From positions 1,920,001 to 1,984,000 of the forward strand of contig CAXXQS010000002.1 of assembly GCA_963674735.2 (NCBI GenBank): a stretch of 64,000 bases of DNA, given 5' to 3'. This stretch comes from Myxococcota bacterium (GTDB lineage Bacteria; Myxococcota_A; SURF-8). Position numbers and translations under genes: made by a program. Below are positions 10,606 through 20,784 of the stretch, piece after piece; positions within the stretch are counted from its first letter, which is position 1, and each line of letters starts with the position of its first letter. The notes below the pieces were generated by a model. It was not told the origin of the DNA. It ran no database searches and saw nothing but the letters and a program-made list of their open reading frames with translations.

Positions 10606-10628
10606 GGGCGTTTGTATCCTTCCGTGTG

Positions 10629-12860
10629 TCAAGTGAGATGGCGCCAGGTCATCGAAGCTTCGTTGACGGTGATATCCAAGGATCCCACCTGCAATTCAAA
10701 ACCGTTCGGACGGGGCCTGAAGGCGTGGGTGGTTGTTGAATCGGATTGATCGAGGCAGATCAGCGTCGCCAGATTGAGCTCACCGTAGGCGGAGACATTC
10801 CAGGACAGCCGTTGTGCCGGGCTGCGTTGTCCGTAACGGGGCGCAAGCGAAACCGCGTCACCGTTCATATGACGGAAGGGGGCTTTGTGCGGATACAGCG
10901 CGATCAGACCGGCGATCGGCTGATTTTGAGCGGGATCGACGATGTACCAGTTTTGTCCTTTTCCCGTGAGGTCAAGCCCGGTTATCAGGCCCGCCGACAG
11001 GCGATGGTCGCGGGCGTCGCCGGGGTGGTAGCGGTCGATGATGGCCACGAAACGGTCGGGCCGCACGAGGATGTCGCGTCGTAGCAGGCCACCCGCTGGG
11101 GGCTCGTATTGGGCGGCCATATGGGAGAGAAAACCGTCGAACCAGGCGGTTACCAGCGTGACCGGGGGAATGGGACCGACGCCGAAACGCTGCTTGTCGA
11201 TCTCGAATGCGTCGTGACCGTCCACCTGCGGTGCGCCGTGAATGGCGGTCGCGCGATCGGCCGAACGATCGGTCATGGACGGATTGTAGTGAAAGACGCC
11301 CGGATCGTCGAAAAGCGTGAAACCTTTGTAGGCCAGCTGAATATTCAGCAGATCGGCGTGCTGATGATTGGGGGCGACATGGCGATTGGGCTCTTTGGCT
11401 CCCGCACGGAACAGCAACTGGGTGTCGCCGTGGCTCAATTCCACCAATCCGGCGAAATGATACACGCGGAAGCGCGCCGCCGGACGGACACGGCTTTTCG
11501 GTGCGGCGGGTTTGGCCATTTCAGTCGAAGCGGCCAGCCAAAGCGGCCAGACTTCCGGTGTTTCGTTGCCGTCGGGTTCCAGATCCGGCCGGTTGAAAAG
11601 CGCCGCCGCGAGGGCCAAGGGACCGCGCCGGTCGTTCGATATGGCACCCGGCAGACGCAGGGCGCGGGCATCGTCGATGTCGCCGATACGCCACAGACTG
11701 CCGTCGTTTTTGAGCAGCGACCGGCTGGCCGCGGCCATGGCGATCAGCCGTTTCTCGAATTCGGGCGTCAGCGGGGTGTGGTTGGCGCGCCAGAAAGCGG
11801 CCAACTGCAAAAAGGATTCGAGGACGAAAAGGTGGTAACCGGGGGCCAACTCGGCATGGATTCCCTCGCGGTCCACCTGGCGTACGAGTTCACGTTGAAC
11901 GAGTTCACGCCCGGTGCGCCGCCAATAACCGGCCCCACGGAATTCGGGGAAGGCCTCGGCGAGGAGCGTGAGGGCGCAGGCTTCGGTAACCAGATGATTG
12001 TGGGTGACCGGCCCGTCGCTCAGGGTTCGCGCGACGAAGCGTGCATGCAGGTGAATGGCTTCCAGCAAGCGCAAACGGAAAACATCGTCGAGGCTTCGGC
12101 TTTGAGCGAAGAAAACCCAACCCCAGGTAAAGCTGATGGCGCGCAGCGCCGCCTCCTGGGCATGTAACCAGTGCGGACCGCGCCCGTAGGGGTTTTGATC
12201 GAGCCAGCTTTCCACGTGGCGACGGAACGTGACCGCATAGCGCTCATCTTTTTTGGCCCAATAGGCTCCACCGAGAATGGCGGTGTGTTGGAACCGATTG
12301 AGTTCCCACAGTGGCCGGGGATCTTCGTCCAGGTTGGGATTGCTGTCGAAATCGGGGTAATCGACCGCCGCTTTCAACGGCCATTCACCGGGTTTGTGGA
12401 AAAACCCGCGCCAGGGGATTTCATCGCCGAAAACCGGGCAATCGGGCACCAGCGCCCGGAAATCGCCTTCGCAGAAACGGTCGGCCGCCAGGCGGCAGGC
12501 GCGGGCCTGTTCGGGATAGCCGCTGAGCCACCGGTCGGTGAGGGATTCGCGTTCGTGGGTGGACACCATCAAGTGCGGTTGATGACGCGAAGAAAAATGG
12601 GACAACAGGTTGTAGCCGCGCGGTCCGAGGCGTTGACGCCAGAATCGTCGCTCCTGGTCGGGCCGCATGTCGGGGTGCAGGGGTTCGGCGAAGGTATGGT
12701 CGTTGCGGATCGATTCCAGGTAAGCGTGCGCGGCGGCTCGGTGCAGGTCGGCCTTGCGCCCTTCCGCCGCATCGGAGAGCGCCCGGATGGGGCCGTCGCG
12801 GCGCACGCGATCCATCAACTTGCGAATCCGTTGAATCGACAATCGGGAGGTATCGCTCAT
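10629..12860 (-). CDS. Heparinase II/III-family (alginate lyase-like) protein
   Basis: WELNRFQH, W..QNP, HNHL, E..PGYH, HQHAD, DPG.F.Y motifs typical of polysaccharide-cluster heparinase II/III proteins; start MSDT overlaps the DegT stop. Confidence 0.8.
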   Translation of the reverse strand: MSDTSRLSIQRIRKLMDRVRRDGPIRALSDAAEGRKADLHRAAAHAYLESIRNDHTFAEPLHPDMRPDQERRFWRQRLGPRGYNLLSHFSSRHQPHLMVSTHERESLTDRWLSGYPEQARACRLAADRFCEGDFRALVPDCPVFGDEIPWRGFFHKPGEWPLKAAVDYPDFDSNPNLDEDPRPLWELNRFQHTAILGGAYWAKKDERYAVTFRRHVESWLDQNPYGRGPHWLHAQEAALRAISFTWGWVFFAQSRSLDDVFRLRLLEAIHLHARFVARTLSDGPVTHNHLVTEACALTLLAEAFPEFRGAGYWRRTGRELVQRELVRQVDREGIHAELAPGYHLFVLESFLQLAAFWRANHTPLTPEFEKRLIAMAAASRSLLKNDGSLWRIGDIDDARALRLPGAISNDRRGPLALAAALFNRPDLEPDGNETPEVWPLWLAASTEMAKPAAPKSRVRPAARFRVYHFAGLVELSHGDTQLLFRAGAKEPNRHVAPNHQHADLLNIQLAYKGFTLFDDPGVFHYNPSMTDRSADRATAIHGAPQVDGHDAFEIDKQRFGVGPIPPVTLVTAWFDGFLSHMAAQYEPPAGGLLRRDILVRPDRFVAIIDRYHPGDARDHRLSAGLITGLDLTGKGQNWYIVDPAQNQPIAGLIALYPHKAPFRHMNGDAVSLAPRYGQRSPAQRLSWNVSAYGELNLATLICLDQSDSTTTHAFRPRPNGFELQVGSLDITVNEASMTWRHLT

Positions 12861-13999
12861 CCGGCCAGTTCCTCCATGGTGGTGCGAACCGTTTCGATGA
12901 CGCGATCGCATTCGTCGTGGGTGAGATTCGGGTAAAGCGGAAGCGTAAGGGTTTCATCGCCGATGCATTCGGCCTGGGGAAAATCCCCGCGACTGCAGTT
13001 GTAGGTGCGTTTGAAATGGGTAAACAGGTGCAGGGGGCGAAAATGAACCGAGACGCCGATCCCGGCATCTTCGAGCCGTCGCATCAGGGGCTGGCGCAGC
13101 GGCTGGGGGACGCGCAGGGTGAATAGATGGCGCGCATGGACGATGTCGTCCGGCTCCACCGGCAGACGAAGCGCCGGGCAACCGGCGAGTCCTTCCCGAT
13201 AGCGCCTCCAAAGAGCATCGCGTTTTTGCCACAAGGTTTCGATCCGGTCGAGCTGCGTCAGCAGCAGGGCCGCCTGCAGGTCGGTCAGGTTACCCTTGAT
13301 ACCCGGGGTGACCACGTCGAGTTCGTGAAAGCCGTCGCTGCGGTCGGCGGCGGAGGACGTCAGTCCGTAGTTGCGCAGAACGCGCAAACCGGCCGCCAGA
13401 TCGTCGCGCGCAGTGACGAAACTGCCGCCTTCTCCGCAGGTGATATTTTTGGTGGCATAGAATGAAAAAGCCGCTCCGTCGCTGAGTTGGCCGGGAGCGA
13501 TGCCGTTGCGGCGTCCTTCCAGGCAATGGGCGGCGTCTTCGATCACGGCGAGATCAAGCGGTTTGGCCCAGCCGACGATGGCTGGAACGTCGGCCATCAC
13601 GCCGTAAAGATGAATCGGAATCACCGCTTTGGTGCGGGCGCTGTGCGCCGCTTTACAGGAATCCACCGTGAGCAGGCCGGTGTCGGGATCGACGTCGGCG
13701 AAGACCGGCCGGGCTCCGACTTCTTCAATGGCCAGCGCGGTGGCTACAAACGTCAGCGGTGCGGTGATGACTTCGTCGCCCGGTCCGATGCCCAGCGCGC
13801 GTAAGACCAGCATCAGGGCGGTGGAGCAGGAGGCCGTACCGACGGCGTGAGGAATGTCGAGGTAATGCGCCAGCGCGGATTCCCACTCGGCCACGCGCGG
13901 ACCGGTGGTGAGAAACAGGCTGTCCAAGGCCGCGGACAGGGCCGTTTTTTCGGCCTCCCCCAGGGCGTGTTTGAAAAACTCGATCCGTTTGCCGCTCAT
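12857..13999 (-). CDS. DegT/DnrJ/EryC1/StrS PLP-dependent nucleotide-sugar aminotransferase
   Basis: TFVAT, PIHLYG, IEDAAH, FSFYATKNITCGEGG (PLP Lys); start MSGKR at 13999. Confidence 0.9.
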   Translation of the reverse strand: MSGKRIEFFKHALGEAEKTALSAALDSLFLTTGPRVAEWESALAHYLDIPHAVGTASCSTALMLVLRALGIGPGDEVITAPLTFVATALAIEEVGARPVFADVDPDTGLLTVDSCKAAHSARTKAVIPIHLYGVMADVPAIVGWAKPLDLAVIEDAAHCLEGRRNGIAPGQLSDGAAFSFYATKNITCGEGGSFVTARDDLAAGLRVLRNYGLTSSAADRSDGFHELDVVTPGIKGNLTDLQAALLLTQLDRIETLWQKRDALWRRYREGLAGCPALRLPVEPDDIVHARHLFTLRVPQPLRQPLMRRLEDAGIGVSVHFRPLHLFTHFKRTYNCSRGDFPQAECIGDETLTLPLYPNLTHDECDRVIETVRTTMEELAG

Positions 14000-14251
14000 G
14001 ACCTGTCTTCCCCTTATACGAAAAAGCGGCCCATGTTCGGGTACAAACACTACCGCTATCGAACCCCCGGAACTGGATATGAGTTCTCGATCAGGCGAAT
14101 TCGGCGGCCTTTTTTTGCCGCTGAAGCGCTTTTCGAAGTTTAACAGAGATAGGGCCGTTTTCGCAAGCGGCGAACGGGTTTCCGCAAAAGAAACGGCGAC
14201 TTTGCCGCATTGAGCGCAGAGCGAACGCGTTTACCGATTCCCAAAGAAATT

Positions 14252-15223
14252 TTAACGCGGGGCGAGCGCCTGGCGGTACCAGTCGATGGTCAACTCCAAA
14301 CCTTCGAAAATGTCGATGGCCGGATGATAACCGAGCAGCTCCGTGGCTTTGTCTACCGACGCCAGCGAATGCTTGACGTCCCCCGCCCGTGAGTCGGTGT
14401 AGCTGGGCTCGATATCGGAACCCAACAACTCCGCTACTTTGCGATAAAGTTCGTTCAAGCTGATACGCTGCCCGTAAGCGATGTTGACCGTCTGGCCGAA
14501 GGCGTTTTCACCGGCCATGACCGCCAGGCGGTTGGCTTCGATGACGTTGTCGATGTAGGTGAAATCGCGCGTCTGCTCGCCGTCGCCGTGGATTTCCGGT
14601 GCGTTACCGGCCAGCAGGTGGCGGATGAAAAGCGGAAGCACCGCCGCGTAGGCGCTGTTGGGATCCTGGCGGCGTCCGAAGACGTTGAAGTAACGCAAAC
14701 AGACGGTCGGCAGGCCGTAGGTACGCCAGAAAACGCCCGCGTAGAACTCGCCCACCAGCTTGCTGACCGCGTAAGGCGACAGCGGCATGGGGGGCATGCT
14801 TTCGACTTTGGGTAGCTGGGGCGTATTGCCGTAAGCCGAGGACGAGGAGGCCATCACGACGCGACCGACCTTGGCTTCCTTGGCGGCGGTCAAGACGTTG
14901 AGGGTGGCGGTGACATTGTGGGCGTTGGTGGTGACGGGGTCTTCCACCGAGCGCGGGACGCTGCCCAATGCGGCTTGGTGCAGCACCCAATCGACGTCCA
15001 CCATGCATTTACGGCAGAATTCCAAATCGCGCAGGTCGCCTTCGTACAATTCGATCCCGTCGATGTCGGTCAGGTTTTCGCGTCGTCCGGTGATGAAGCT
15101 GTCGGCGACTCGAACCGGCCGGTCGCTGCGGCGAATGCTTTCCGCCAGGTTGCTGCCGATGAAACCGGCTCCACCGGTAACCAGGTAACGGCCCTCGGGC
15201 CACGTGTTAATGTGATCGGTCAT
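14252..15223 (-). CDS. UDP-HexNAc(A) 4-epimerase, WbpP/TviC-like SDR
   Basis: TGGAGFIG, HQAALGSVPRS, SSSAYG, SPYAVSK, RYFNVFGRRQDP. Confidence 0.85.
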   Translation of the reverse strand: MTDHINTWPEGRYLVTGGAGFIGSNLAESIRRSDRPVRVADSFITGRRENLTDIDGIELYEGDLRDLEFCRKCMVDVDWVLHQAALGSVPRSVEDPVTTNAHNVTATLNVLTAAKEAKVGRVVMASSSSAYGNTPQLPKVESMPPMPLSPYAVSKLVGEFYAGVFWRTYGLPTVCLRYFNVFGRRQDPNSAYAAVLPLFIRHLLAGNAPEIHGDGEQTRDFTYIDNVIEANRLAVMAGENAFGQTVNIAYGQRISLNELYRKVAELLGSDIEPSYTDSRAGDVKHSLASVDKATELLGYHPAIDIFEGLELTIDWYRQALAPR

Positions 15224-15283
15224 GATGTCGCGCTAACTCCTGTTAGGCCAAATAGGTTTCATAGTTGCGGCGTCGTTTTAACC

Positions 15284-16306
15284 TTACGCCGGTTCCAGGT
15301 AGACGGGCGCGCCGTCCTCTTTGAGCGATTGGCGAGCGGCGTCGAGCACCTTGAGCACGGCCAGTCCGTTGCGGCCGTCGGTCAGTGGGCGCGTGCCGTT
15401 TTCCACGCAATCGAGAAAATGCTGAACTTCCAGTTTGAGCGGTTCGGCCATGGCGATCTTGGGAATCAGGATATCTCCCGTGCGCAGGGTGATGGCGTCG
15501 CCGTAGGAGTCGTATTCCCCGGCTTGAAACGGACCGCTGACGCCTTTGTCGTAGATTTTCAATTTCTCCGTGGCTTCCATGTCGTCGAAGACGATCATTT
15601 TGCGGCTGCCCACCAGCGTAAGGCGGCGAATCTTGTGCGGATCGAGCCAGGAGAGGTGGACGTTGGCCATGCGGCCGTCGTCGAAATACAGATTGAGAAA
15701 AACCACGTCTTCGATGTTGAGATCGCCTTGGATGTAGCAGGAGCCCACCGCCGATACCCGAACCGGCGATTTCTCGAACAAGTCGAGCACCACCGAGATA
15801 TCGTGCGGTCCAAGCGACCACATGGCGTTTTCGTCGCGGCGCACCTGTCCCAGGTTGACCCGCTGGCCGTAAATGTAAAGCAGATCGCCCAGTTCACCGC
15901 TTTTGACCAGTTCCTTCATCCGTTTCACGCCCGGATGGTACAGCATCAAATGGCCGACCATCAGCACGCGCTGGCGTTCTTCGGCCAAGGCTACCAACTC
16001 TTCGCCTTCCGCCAGATCGAGCGTAAGCGGCTTCTCGACGAAGACATGCAGATCCTGTTCGAGGGCCTTTTTGACCACGCCGTAGTGACTGGCGGCCGGG
16101 GTGGCGATGACGACGCCGTCGATCTTGCCCAACTCCAGAACTTCGCTCAGGTCGGCCATGATCGGCACACCCGGGTTCTGGGCGGTCAGGTTGCGACGGG
16201 TTTTAGGGTCGGGGTCGGCCACCGCCGCCAACGCGCCCAGTTGGTTCACGACGCGCACCAGGTTCTTGCCCCAGGTTCCCGCACCGATTACCGCTATATG
16301 TGCCAT
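15284..16306 (-). CDS. Gfo/Idh/MocA-family oxidoreductase (nucleotide-sugar dehydrogenase-like)
   Basis: GAGTWG, IATP..H, EKP, MVGH, HD motifs; first gene of the cluster. Confidence 0.85.
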   Translation of the reverse strand: MAHIAVIGAGTWGKNLVRVVNQLGALAAVADPDPKTRRNLTAQNPGVPIMADLSEVLELGKIDGVVIATPAASHYGVVKKALEQDLHVFVEKPLTLDLAEGEELVALAEERQRVLMVGHLMLYHPGVKRMKELVKSGELGDLLYIYGQRVNLGQVRRDENAMWSLGPHDISVVLDLFEKSPVRVSAVGSCYIQGDLNIEDVVFLNLYFDDGRMANVHLSWLDPHKIRRLTLVGSRKMIVFDDMEATEKLKIYDKGVSGPFQAGEYDSYGDAITLRTGDILIPKIAMAEPLKLEVQHFLDCVENGTRPLTDGRNGLAVLKVLDAARQSLKEDGAPVYLEPA

Positions 16307-16466
16307 ACGCTACCCCTTTTCATGAAAAAAAGGCGATTCGACTCCGTTTTTCATCCATCAACTCGCATTCGAGCGAAGGTCGGGCTTGTCCGCCGGTCGG
16401 AAACCCGATTTTATCGTTCGCAGTGGTAAACCCGTGGCGAGGGTTGGAGGCCGCTTTAGCGAAAGC

Positions 16467-18104
16467 TCAGGACAATTCCATCAATGTGCTGACCTTGGCG
16501 AAAGGAATGGTGCCATGCGCCAGGAGTTCATCGTGGAACGTTTTCAACGAGAATTCTTTGTTCCGTTTCTTTCGATAGGCCTCCAGTAATTTATTGATTT
16601 CGATTTTACCGATGTAATAGCTCATCGGTTGGGTCGGTGTTTGACAGTAACGCCGGACTTCGGCCTCGGCGTTGGGGGTTTCAAGGCCCGCCTTCTCGAC
16701 CAGGGTTTGCACCGCCTGCTCGACCGTCATTTTCTTTGTGTGCAGTTCCACGTCGATGACCACCCGCCAGGCGCGCCAGAGTGCGTCTTTGAGTTGCAGC
16801 AGACGTTCTTTCGGATCGCTGTAGAATCCTTGTTCCCACATCATGTCTTCACAATAAAAAGCCCAGCCTTCGGCAAAGACCGGGGTCGTGAACAGTTGTC
16901 GCACCAGCGAAGTCGATTGATTGGCCACGATATGCTGCAGGTGGTGGCCGGGATAGGCTTCGTGCAGGGCCGTGACCGCGATTCCCCACTTGCTGTGTCC
17001 CTTGAGCCGTTCCGCCAGCTCTTTTTTGGTCGGAGCTTCGGGCACCGTCACCCAGAAAATGCCTTCCTGGACGGATTCCAGCGGACCGGGGGACAGATAG
17101 GCGGCATACGGGATCAGTCCGGTTGCGAAAGGCGGGGTCGGAACCACTTTGATTTCTTCCGAGTCGGGCATGGTGACGAGATCATGATCTTTGACATAAT
17201 TTCGCGCCCGCAGCATCTCTTTTTGGTAGCTGGCGACGAGCCGGGAGGCGATGGGATGCTCTTTCTTGAGTGATTCCACCACTTGTTGCCGGTCTTTGCC
17301 TTTCGCGATTTTGCCCGCAAGTTTATCCATCTCTTGTGTGATCTGACGGATTTCTTTTTTGGCGATCTTGAGTAACTGGTCTGAATTATAGGGAATCTCG
17401 TGCTTAAGCTTCAAAATCTGGTTGTACAGAATCTTTCCCGTGGGAAAGTTCGCTTTCGCGGTCGGAAGATAGACCGTTTCCAGATCTTGTCCGAAACTGG
17501 TCAATTCCGTCACGGCTTCGCTGTTGGCTTCGAGCAGGGCGTCTTTCAGACTTCCGTGAATGTTTACCGTGAATTCGGGAATCGCCGTGGTCAGGAAGTT
17601 GATGGCTCCCGCACAGGTATGAATCGCCGACTCGACGAAAATGGCCGCCGGTTTGTCTAATGTGTTTCGCGCCTGGCGCAGCAGAGTCGGGATTCCGGCC
17701 AGCCGCCGGGTAATGGACAAGGCCCGCTCGCGATCCGGTGCAAACTCCCTTGATAACAGGACATAAATCCCGAAAAGGACTTCGCGCAGATAGTGGTCCG
17801 GGTTGATTTTGCGCGCCGGGTATTTCTTTTCAAGAATATCTTCCAATTCCAGGTGGGTCAGGATGAGTTCCAGGTCGACCCGGTTGTCCGTGTTGAGTGC
17901 ACGCTTGTTGATAGCCTTGAATTCTTTATAGAATTTACTGCGGCGGGCCCGCTGGTTTTTTAAAACGGCCGGGGCGTAGTCGCTGAACAGTTCATCGTGA
18001 TCATGCACACCAAGAAAAGAAGCGGAAACAGGATTGCTGCGCAAAACGAATTGGGTGAATTGATCCACGAGTTTGGCAAATTCATTGTCATGTGAAATGC
18101 CCAT
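16467..18104 (-). CDS. DUF885-family protein (zincin-like)
   Basis: HEAYPGHHLQ, EGWAFYCE, WRAWRVVID, RY...PTQ..SY..G motifs. Confidence 0.85.
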   Translation of the reverse strand: MGISHDNEFAKLVDQFTQFVLRSNPVSASFLGVHDHDELFSDYAPAVLKNQRARRSKFYKEFKAINKRALNTDNRVDLELILTHLELEDILEKKYPARKINPDHYLREVLFGIYVLLSREFAPDRERALSITRRLAGIPTLLRQARNTLDKPAAIFVESAIHTCAGAINFLTTAIPEFTVNIHGSLKDALLEANSEAVTELTSFGQDLETVYLPTAKANFPTGKILYNQILKLKHEIPYNSDQLLKIAKKEIRQITQEMDKLAGKIAKGKDRQQVVESLKKEHPIASRLVASYQKEMLRARNYVKDHDLVTMPDSEEIKVVPTPPFATGLIPYAAYLSPGPLESVQEGIFWVTVPEAPTKKELAERLKGHSKWGIAVTALHEAYPGHHLQHIVANQSTSLVRQLFTTPVFAEGWAFYCEDMMWEQGFYSDPKERLLQLKDALWRAWRVVIDVELHTKKMTVEQAVQTLVEKAGLETPNAEAEVRRYCQTPTQPMSYYIGKIEINKLLEAYRKKRNKEFSLKTFHDELLAHGTIPFAKVSTLMELS

Positions 18105-18257
18105 TATTATTACCCTTTCTCACCCTCCAGAACAATTGGAATAGAAAAATTCCGCCTCATGCTATCAAAGGCGGGGAATGAAGTCAAAGGAAAGTTGCCG
18201 GATGCGATTCGATCTGGTAAAAGAGCGGGGAGAGTCTGGCTGTGAAGGAGAAACAAC

Positions 18258-19307
18258 ATGCGGACCAGTATTGTGGGCTTCCGTGGCTGCGGAAAAACGA
18301 CGGTGTTCAATGCGCTTACCGGCTTGCATGCCGAAGTGGGCGGCTACCACGCCGGCGATGTGAAAAACCTGGGTAATATCAAAGTTCCAGACAAACGACT
18401 GGCAACGATTGCCGAAAAGATAAGTCCCAAGAAGCTGACCTACGCCGAAATCAGCTTCGCCGATTTGGCTGCGACTTCCCCCGCCGACGGGAAAGGCTTT
18501 GCCGCCGCGATGTTGTCGGAGATGCGCGCCGCCGATGCGCTGGTGCATGTGGTGCGCGGCTTTGACAATCCGGATTTGTCGGATTCGCCGGATCTGATGC
18601 GCGATATCACCGTTTTTGAGGGGGAAATGGTGCTGGCTGACCTGCTGATTGTGGAAAATCGGCTGAGTAAGCTCCGCAAGACGGGAGCCAAGACCAAAGA
18701 ACGGGAGTATCTGGAGATCATCGCGGCTCACTTGGAAGCGGACCAGCCGTTACGGACCCTGGAAATCGATGGAGGAGCCTGGACGCTGCTCGCCGGATTT
18801 TCCTTCTTGTCGAAGAAATCCTGCCTGCTGCTGCTCAATGTCGAAGAAGAGCAGGCCGCCGACCCGGCTTCGGCTGAAATCATTGAATTTGCAACGAAAA
18901 ACAGCCTGCGCGTCATGGTTGTCTCGGGTAATGTGGAGATGGAACTCAACGATCTCGACGAAACCGACGGGCAGGAGTATCTGGCCAGCCTGGGGTTGAA
19001 AGAACCCGCCAAGGACCGTTTCATCCGCGAAGTGTACGATATGCTGGACCTGATTTCCTTTTTCACCGCCGGTCCCGACGAGGTGCGTGCCTGGACGATC
19101 CGTAAGGGCACCTTCGCCCAACAGGCGGCCGGGAAGATCCACTCGGACATCGAACGCGGTTTCATCCGCGCCGAAGTGATGCAGTGGGCGGATATGGCGG
19201 AATTGGGCAGCGACGCCAAATGCCGGGAGGCCGGAAAAATGCGCCTGGAAGGCAAAGAGTACATCCCGCAGGACGGCGAGGTGATTCACTTCCGGTTCAA
19301 TGTCTGA
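18258..19307 (+). CDS. ychF: YchF/Ola1-family Obg-like ATPase (divergent)
   Basis: GxxxxGKTT, VPDKRL, FFTAGPDEVRAWTI, AAGKIHSDIERGFIRAEV, RLEGKEY, FRFNV. Confidence 0.85.
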   Translation: MRTSIVGFRGCGKTTVFNALTGLHAEVGGYHAGDVKNLGNIKVPDKRLATIAEKISPKKLTYAEISFADLAATSPADGKGFAAAMLSEMRAADALVHVVRGFDNPDLSDSPDLMRDITVFEGEMVLADLLIVENRLSKLRKTGAKTKEREYLEIIAAHLEADQPLRTLEIDGGAWTLLAGFSFLSKKSCLLLLNVEEEQAADPASAEIIEFATKNSLRVMVVSGNVEMELNDLDETDGQEYLASLGLKEPAKDRFIREVYDMLDLISFFTAGPDEVRAWTIRKGTFAQQAAGKIHSDIERGFIRAEVMQWADMAELGSDAKCREAGKMRLEGKEYIPQDGEVIHFRFNV

Positions 19308-19334
19308 CCCGATGCGTCGAGAGGGGTGTTGACC

Positions 19335-20288
19335 ATGCAAGATAATAGAATTACGAAGCTATTCGGAATTCAATATCCGATCGTGCAGGGCGGCATGATC
19401 TGGGTGTCGGGCGCTCGTCTGGCCGCCGCCGTTTCGAATGCGGGCGGTTTGGGGCTGATCGGCGCCGGTTCGATGAGCCCGGAGCTGTTGCGCGAGCACA
19501 TCCGCAAGCTACGCGGTCTGACGGATCGCCCCTTCGGCGTCAATCTCCCGATTTTCAGCGATCGCTCGTCCGAAAAGGCGCAGGTGATCATCGAAGAAGG
19601 GGTGAACATCGTTTTCAGCAGCGGTGGTTCCCCCAAGGCCCTGACTCCGCTCTTCAAGGAGAAGGGTTGCACCGTGATTCATGTCACGTCGACCCCGGCA
19701 CTGGCGCGAAAATGCGAAGCGGCCGGTGTGGACGGCGTGGTGTGCGAGGGTTTCGAGGCGGGCGGTCATAACGGACGCGCGGAGTTGACGACCCTGGTGC
19801 TTGTTCCCCAGGTGGTGGATGTGGTATCCATCCCGGTCCTGGCGGCCGGGGGGATCGGCGACGGACGGGGTATGGCCGCCGCCATGGCCCTGGGCGCCGA
19901 CGGGGTGCAGATCGGCAGTCGTTTCGTGGCGTCCGAGGAAGCGGGGTGTCATGAGGCTTTCAAACGGGCGGTGGTGGCGGCGGATGCCGAGGCCACGGTG
20001 CTGGCGCTCAAGAAACTGATTCCGGTGCGCTTGCTCCGAAATTCTTTCGCGGAACGGATTTTGGCGGCGGAAGCGCAGGGCGACGGCAGCGAAACCCTGA
20101 TGGCTCTGTTGGGTCAGGGTCGCTCGAAGCTTGGTATGTTCGATGGTGATGTGGACGAAGGCGAGCTCGAAATCGGACAAATCGCCGGATTGCTGCGGGA
20201 CGTTCAACCCGTTTCGGCTATTATAGGTGAATTGATGGCGGAGTACCGTCGGGCGGTCGCCGTTTTGATGAAATCCGTCGGAGAGTAG
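19335..20288 (+). CDS. Nitronate monooxygenase / FabK-like FMN enoyl reductase
   Basis: YPIVQGGM, AVSNAGGLG, EGFEAGGH, AAGGIGDGRG, GQIAG. Confidence 0.85.
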   Translation: MQDNRITKLFGIQYPIVQGGMIWVSGARLAAAVSNAGGLGLIGAGSMSPELLREHIRKLRGLTDRPFGVNLPIFSDRSSEKAQVIIEEGVNIVFSSGGSPKALTPLFKEKGCTVIHVTSTPALARKCEAAGVDGVVCEGFEAGGHNGRAELTTLVLVPQVVDVVSIPVLAAGGIGDGRGMAAAMALGADGVQIGSRFVASEEAGCHEAFKRAVVAADAEATVLALKKLIPVRLLRNSFAERILAAEAQGDGSETLMALLGQGRSKLGMFDGDVDEGELEIGQIAGLLRDVQPVSAIIGELMAEYRRAVAVLMKSVGE

Positions 20289-20784
20289 GGGCTATTTTGG
20301 CGGACTGTCTGTTTTCATGCCACAGTTGATGTTTTCGGTTGAAGAGCAACAGGTCCGGCAAGAGTTTTCGAGCATCCGAGCATTCCATCCTTCGCGGGAA
20401 AAACCGGGTGGAAACGGAAAAATTGCTTGCATATTAATAGCTTCTATGTTAACGGATACTGTCCCTGGTTCCGGAAGGATATCGCTAAGTTGGCGCAAAA
20501 TTGCAGTTCGTGGGAAGCTTGGTGCCGCGTTTTTTGCGTAAAAAAAGAAGCTGCCGATATCGAGAATCCACGATCTGCGGGCCTTTTGTCTGAAGATGTA
20601 CTTAACCCATCGTCCTTATCGACGTCGGGGGCTCTGCGGGGCTGGTTTTTCGGATACCGGACTCAAGTTTTGATTTGACCTCTAGATAGTGACTGAATCG
20701 AACAGGAACGCGTTTCTTATGTGTTTCTGTTATGTTACGTTCTAGCCACATTGACGTGTAACGAGTAGAGGGTAGAGAAGGACT

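Noticed and set aside
14092-14124. GC-rich hairpin with T-run as a terminator
   Set aside because: The T-run is on the strand opposite the genes or in the loop; not a convincing terminator for the minus-strand operon.
20491-20505. TGGCGCAAAATTGCA as a sigma54 promoter for the glt locus
   Set aside because: GG-to-GC spacing is 9 nt; sigma54 needs 10.
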